Source: Actinomycetes bacterium
GTDB lineage: Bacteria; Actinomycetota; Actinomycetes; Prado026
Length of the DNA stretch: 64,000 nucleotides
Direction of reading: 5' to 3'
NCBI GenBank assembly: GCA_038210415.1
Contig: JBBQWS010000009.1
Coordinates: 14,267-78,266, forward strand
Shown: one piece after another, positions 60,202 through 64,000 of the stretch
Position numbering within the stretch: the first letter of the stretch is position 1
How the letters are laid out: every line of letters begins with the position of its first letter
Translations under genes and position numbers: made by a program
The notes under the pieces: generated by a model
The model's input: the letters and a program-made list of their open reading frames with translations, nothing else
Databases searched by the model: none
What the model was told of the DNA's origin: nothing

Positions 60202-61464
60202 CTACCGCTGTGGGGCGTCTGCCGATTCGTCCAACAGGTGCAACGACTTCATGGCCGAGGCGAGCAGGGCCACCAGGACGATCACCCCGGCGAGCACCGC
60301 GAACGCCCCGCGCAGCCCGACGGCCACGACGAGCGGGCCGGCAACCATGAGCCCGAGCGGTCCGGCGGCGTAGCTGAGCGAGGTGACCGTCCCGATGACG
60401 CGACCGCGCAACAGCTCGGGGGTGCGTTGCTGCAGCACGATGTTGGTGATCGGCGGGATGGGCCCGAAGAACAGCCCGGACAACGCCGCCAGCACGAGCA
60501 GCGGGACGTACGGGGGTAGCAGGGCCATCGCGGCAGTGGGCAGCGCGGTCGCCGCGAGCGAGACGAGCAGGGCCGGGCGGTGCCGGAACCGACCTCCGAA
60601 CGCGCTGTAGGCCAGCGAGCCGATCACTCCGCCGGCGCTCATCGCGATGAACAGCACGCCGAGGTGCTCCGGCTGGTTCTGCCGCTGGAAGAACACCGGC
60701 AGCAGCACGCCCTCGATCGGCATCCACGCGCCGATGAGGACGGTGAAGAGGGCGGTGAGACCGCGAAGCGCGTGGTCGTTCCACACGAACCGCAGCCCCT
60801 CGACCGTGTCGGCGAGGAACGACTCCGTGCGGGCGTGCGCGCCCGGCCGGCCGGAGCCCGGCACGCGGACCATCAGCATGGCGGCGGCGGCCGCGAGGAA
60901 CGCCGACGTGGTGGCCCACATGGTCGTGCGTGCTCCGATGAGAGCGATGAGCACGCCTGCGGCCCCTGGCCCGACGAGGAACCCGACCCCGTAGACGGCC
61001 TCGTGCACGCCGTTCGCCCGGGCGAGGGAGAGCCCGGCGGCCTCGGCGGCTTCGGGAAGCATGGCCTTGCGCGCAGTGACCCCGGCCGGGTCGAACACGG
61101 CGCCGAGCGCGGCCAGGACGAGGATCCAGGTGAGCGTGAGGTGGCCCGCAAGAGCGACGACCGGGATCGCGGCGACGGACAGTCCGCTCATCACGTCGGA
61201 GAAGACTGACGTACGGCGACGCCCGAGCCGGTCGACGAGGGTGCCGGAGAACAGCGACGACAGCAGCAGCGGCAAGGCGGCGATGCCGGCGACGAGCCCT
61301 GCTGCGGCGGGGCTCCCGGTGAGCTCGAGCACGAGCCAGGGGATGGCGATGACCGAGACCCCGTTGCCGACCGCGGCGAGGCCGGCGGCAGTCTCGAGCG
61401 CGACGAACGGGACCCAGCTTCGCGTCACGGTGTGCCCGGACAGATCGGTGGTGACGGCGGTCAT
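60202..61464 (-). CDS. MFS transporter
   Basis: ATG 61464 overlaps the tetR stop (ATGA). The product is 420 aa with about 12 hydrophobic segments and the motif LVDRLGRRR. Confidence 0.82.
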   Translation of the reverse strand: MTAVTTDLSGHTVTRSWVPFVALETAAGLAAVGNGVSVIAIPWLVLELTGSPAAAGLVAGIAALPLLLSSLFSGTLVDRLGRRRTSVFSDVMSGLSVAAIPVVALAGHLTLTWILVLAALGAVFDPAGVTARKAMLPEAAEAAGLSLARANGVHEAVYGVGFLVGPGAAGVLIALIGARTTMWATTSAFLAAAAAMLMVRVPGSGRPGAHARTESFLADTVEGLRFVWNDHALRGLTALFTVLIGAWMPIEGVLLPVFFQRQNQPEHLGVLFIAMSAGGVIGSLAYSAFGGRFRHRPALLVSLAATALPTAAMALLPPYVPLLVLAALSGLFFGPIPPITNIVLQQRTPELLRGRVIGTVTSLSYAAGPLGLMVAGPLVVAVGLRGAFAVLAGVIVLVALLASAMKSLHLLDESADAPQR

Positions 61465-62018
61465 GGCCGGGCCGCCGTCCCGTGCAAGGCGGTGTCGACG
61501 ACGAGCCCTACGGCGTCGCGGCGCGCGATCCGCCCATCCCGGATGCCGTCGGCGGCGGCCCACACGGTTGCGGTGAACACGTCGACGACCCAGGCCCGCG
61601 GCAGGTCGGTGCGCAGGGTTCCGCCGGCCTGGGCCCGGCGGACGACCTCCTCGAGCGGCCCGGCGACGTCATACCAGCGCTCGACCAGCTCGGGGAGGTC
61701 CCAGACCTCGGCGCCGAGGTTGAGGAAGCGCAGCTCGTCGGCCAGGGGTAGCAGAGCCGCGGCGACGGCGGTGAACACCTCGGACGTGCTGCCCTGGACC
61801 CGGACGCTGCCTTCGACGGCGGCGGCCACGCGGTCGAGAGCGTCGTGGGCGAGGGCGCGCAGGAGGGCCTGCCGGGTGGCGTAGTGGCGATGCAGCGTCG
61901 TACGGCTCACGCCGGCGGCGCCGGCGACCTGGGCGAGGGAGGCCCCGCTGTCGCGGCACAGCACCTCGGCGGAGGTGTCGAGCAGGTGCCGACGCAGCTT
62001 CTCTGGTGTGACGGTCAT
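61461..62018 (-). CDS. TetR family transcriptional regulator
   Basis: HTH ASLAQVAGAAGVSRTTLHRHY. ATG 62018 is preferred over ATG 62045 because the intervening codons (GAA CAT AAG TGT TTC ACT AGT) do not fit the GC-rich codon usage. Confidence 0.85.
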   Translation of the reverse strand: MTVTPEKLRRHLLDTSAEVLCRDSGASLAQVAGAAGVSRTTLHRHYATRQALLRALAHDALDRVAAAVEGSVRVQGSTSEVFTAVAAALLPLADELRFLNLGAEVWDLPELVERWYDVAGPLEEVVRRAQAGGTLRTDLPRAWVVDVFTATVWAAADGIRDGRIARRDAVGLVVDTALHGTAARP

Positions 62019-62027
62019 GTCACTAGT

Positions 62028-62043
62028 GAAACACTTATGTTCC
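62028..62043. promoter_or_regulatory. candidate TetR operator half-palindrome upstream of tetR
   Basis: GAAACACTTATGTTCC, in which AACA-N4-TGTT is perfect and 5 of 6 positions pair when extended. It lies in the only AT-rich patch directly upstream of the tetR start. Confidence 0.3.
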
Positions 62044-62068
62044 ATATCGAGCAACTGCGTGGTCGGCG

Positions 62069-62416
62069 TTAAGAAGAGCTGAAGATGCTCGCCACGTCGT
62101 CCAAGCGGCCCGGGACGAGCGTGAACCAGGCCCAGCTGCCGCGTCGCTCGCGGGTCAGCAGGCCTGCGTCGGTGAGCACCTTGAGGTGGTGGCTGACGGT
62201 CGGCTGGGCCAGGCCGACGGCGTCGGTCAGGTCGCAGACGCAGGCCTCGCGCGCGTCCGCCGCCCGGATCATGCTGAGCAGCTGCAGCCGGACCGGGTCG
62301 GCCACCGCCTTGAGCAGGGCCGACAGCTCGTCGGCTCGTAGGCGGTCCAGCGGCGCGTCGAGGGCTCCGGCGCAGCAGCTCGGCTTCGCCTCGACGAGGG
62401 GCAGCGACCGGGGCAT
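62069..62416 (-). CDS. arsR: ArsR/SmtB family metalloregulator
   Basis: Metal site ACVCDL and HTH GLAQPTVSHHLKVL. It is divergent from the arsI-aqp-arsC genes. Confidence 0.88.
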   Translation of the reverse strand: MPRSLPLVEAKPSCCAGALDAPLDRLRADELSALLKAVADPVRLQLLSMIRAADAREACVCDLTDAVGLAQPTVSHHLKVLTDAGLLTRERRGSWAWFTLVPGRLDDVASIFSSS

Positions 62417-62442
62417 CAGGCGCCTCCACAACATTCTTGGTG

Positions 62443-62502
62443 GTCGATATTGACAGTCATCGATACGATGTCTACCGTGCGGTATCGATGGTAGTCGATA
62501 TC
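62443..62502. promoter_or_regulatory. candidate ArsR operator region (four TCGATA-type hexamers)
   Basis: Layout: GTCGATAT (62443-62450), TCATCGATAC (62457-62466), a 15-nt spacer, GTATCGATGG (62482-62491), then GTCGATATC (62494-62502). The middle pair is an inverted repeat matching at 9 of 10 positions. The region ends just before the AGGAGG SD of arsI. Confidence 0.4.
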
Positions 62503-62513
62503 AGGAGGTAGCG

Positions 62514-62930
62514 ATGGCCCGCGTGCAGCTGGCCCTCAACGTGGCCGACCTCGAAGCGTCGATCACCTTCTACAGCACCCTGTTCGGGACCGCACCGCAC
62601 AAGCGCCGTCCGGGTTACGCCAACTTCGCGATCGCCGAGCCGCCGCTCAAGCTGGTGCTCATCGAGGTCACCGACGAAGTCCGCGGGACGGGCCCGGCGG
62701 GGGCCTTGAACCACCTCGGTGTCGAGGTCGAGTCGACCGAGGCCGTCGAGGCCGGGGCCGCTCGCCTGCGCGACGCCGGGTTGGCGGCTCTCGACGAGAA
62801 GGACACCACCTGCTGCTTCGCCGTGCAGGACAAGGTCTGGGTGCAAGACCCCGCCGGCGCGCCGTGGGAGATCTACACGGTCAAGGACGACCTGCTCTCG
62901 GTCATCGAGCAGCGCAGCGTCTGTTGCTGA
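62514..62930 (+). CDS. arsI: ArsI/CadI-type VOC (glyoxalase-fold) protein
   Basis: 138 aa. N-terminus VQLALNVADLEASITFY, the motif HLGVEV, the vicinal cysteine pair DTTCCFA, and a second CC at the C-terminus. Confidence 0.78.
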   Translation: MARVQLALNVADLEASITFYSTLFGTAPHKRRPGYANFAIAEPPLKLVLIEVTDEVRGTGPAGALNHLGVEVESTEAVEAGAARLRDAGLAALDEKDTTCCFAVQDKVWVQDPAGAPWEIYTVKDDLLSVIEQRSVCC

Positions 62931-63607
62931 CCGCCTCGGCGCTGCTGCGACGGCTCGCGGCCGAGACGCTCGGCACCGGGGCGCTCGTGGCCACGGTGAT
63001 CGGCTCCGGGGTCATGGCGACCAGGCTCACCGACGACGTCGCCGTTCAGCTGCTCGTCAATGCCCTTGCCACCGTCGCTGCCCTCGGAGTGCTGATCTCG
63101 GTGCTCGGCCCCGTCTCCGGTGCCCACTTCAATCCGGCGGTCACCGCAGTCGCCCTGGTGCGCCGCGACCTCGGCGGGCGAGTCGCGGGTGGCTACGTCC
63201 TCGCCCAGGTCGTCGGGGCGGTCGTCGGCGCCGCCGTGGCGAACGTGATGTTCGCCCTGCCTGCGTGGCAGACGTCGACGCACCGACGCACCGGTGGCGG
63301 CATCTGGCTCGGTGAGGTGGTCGCCACCGCCGGGCTGCTTCTCGTGATCGCCGTCCTCACCCGTACGGGCCGCGGACACCTGGGGCCGGTGCTTGTCCCG
63401 GCCTGGATCGGCGCGGCCTACTTCTTCACCGCGTCGACCTCGTTCGCGAACCCTGCGGTCACCGTCGGGCGGAGCCTGACCGACACGTTCTCCGGAATCG
63501 CCCCGTCCAGCGTGCCCGTGTTCGTCGGCTGCCAGCTGCTCGGCGCTCTCCTGGGGGCCGGGCTGGCTGCGCTGCTGTACCCACCCTCGTTCGCCACGAC
63601 CGCCTGA
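62924..63607 (+). CDS. MIP-family aquaglyceroporin (AqpS-like arsenite channel)
   Basis: Two NPA boxes (HFNPAVT and FANPAVT). A TTG 62924 start is proposed, since the GTG at 62864 would overlap arsI by 67 nt. Confidence 0.82.
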   Translation: MLTASALLRRLAAETLGTGALVATVIGSGVMATRLTDDVAVQLLVNALATVAALGVLISVLGPVSGAHFNPAVTAVALVRRDLGGRVAGGYVLAQVVGAVVGAAVANVMFALPAWQTSTHRRTGGGIWLGEVVATAGLLLVIAVLTRTGRGHLGPVLVPAWIGAAYFFTASTSFANPAVTVGRSLTDTFSGIAPSSVPVFVGCQLLGALLGAGLAALLYPPSFATTA

Positions 63608-63616
63608 GAGGCCCAC

Positions 63617-64000
63617 ATGTCCGACCGTCCCACTGTGCTCTTCGTCTGCGTCCACAACGCCGGACGCTCGCAGATGGCCGCGGGCTACCTGGCGCACCTG
63701 TCGGGGGGCGCCGTCGAGGTGCTGTCCGCGGGCTCCGAGCCGGCCCACCAGGTGAACCCGTCAGCGATCGCGGTGATGGCAGAGGAGGGCATCGACATAA
63801 CGGCCGAGCAGCCCAAGCTGCTCACCGTGGACGCCGTCCGCGAGTCCGACATGGTCATCACGATGGGATGCGGCGACACCTGCCCGATCTTCCCGGGCAA
63901 GCGGTACGAGGACTGGGAGCTCGACGACCCGGCGGGTCAGGGCGTCGACGCGGTGCGCCCGATCCGGGACGACATCCGGGCGCGGGTTGTCGCCCTGCTC
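63617..64000 (+). CDS. arsC: arsenate reductase, LMW-PTPase type (3' end outside window)
   Basis: ATG 63617. P-loop VLFVCVHNAGRSQMA (CxxNxxRS) and the motif GCGDTCP. The frame is open to the right edge and is not in the ORF track for that reason. Confidence 0.88.
   Translation, partial: MSDRPTVLFVCVHNAGRSQMAAGYLAHLSGGAVEVLSAGSEPAHQVNPSAIAVMAEEGIDITAEQPKLLTVDAVRESDMVITMGCGDTCPIFPGKRYEDWELDDPAGQGVDAVRPIRDDIRARVVALL

Noticed and set aside
62019-62045. Alternative tetR start at ATG 62045 (MEHKCFTSD...)
   Set aside because: The extra nine codons use A/T-ending codons that are atypical for this genome. The segment is the AT-rich patch expected for a promoter or operator, so ATG 62018 is preferred. 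The question is not settled without N-terminal data.

Overview
This is a 64-kb stretch of a very GC-rich actinobacterial chromosome. No database search was possible, so every family call rests on motifs I read in the translations, and the genus cannot be assigned. I count about 60 densely packed protein-coding genes, many translationally coupled by ATGA/GTGA overlaps.

Most of the window is housekeeping:
- Nine purine genes in several blocks: purA, purD-purB-purC, purS-purQ-purL, purF-purM.
- pyrE, clpB, class II fructose-bisphosphate aldolase, otsA, galE and a PotABCD-like ABC importer.
- The purF-purM-DUF3073-vdh-bldC neighbourhood, which as far as I recall is also found in Streptomyces.

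I saw no rRNA, tRNA, CRISPR array, transposase, integrase, phage or toxin-antitoxin genes.

Accessory-looking parts:
- A 1000-aa ECF sigma / zinc anti-sigma / membrane / extracytoplasmic-domain fusion, next to a degenerate GGDEF-like gene.
- A LuxR-type regulator with a secreted tachylectin-like propeller fused to a lytic-transglycosylase-like domain.
- A coupled flavin monooxygenase / hydrolase / SCP2-like operon.
- A secreted RCC1-FN3-jelly-roll protein.
- A tetR-MFS-crcB-crcB string.
- An arsR / arsI-aquaporin-arsC arsenic cluster cut by the right edge of the window.

The strongest signal not explained by gene annotation is a dispersed family of long inverted-arm palindromic elements. Four copies lie at about 27.1, 33.1, 46.4 and 59.2 kb. 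Each sits directly after a + strand stop codon, has near-identical ~37-nt arms around a variable core, and one copy carries compensatory substitutions in both arms. The many long ORFs antisense to real genes are high-GC artefacts.
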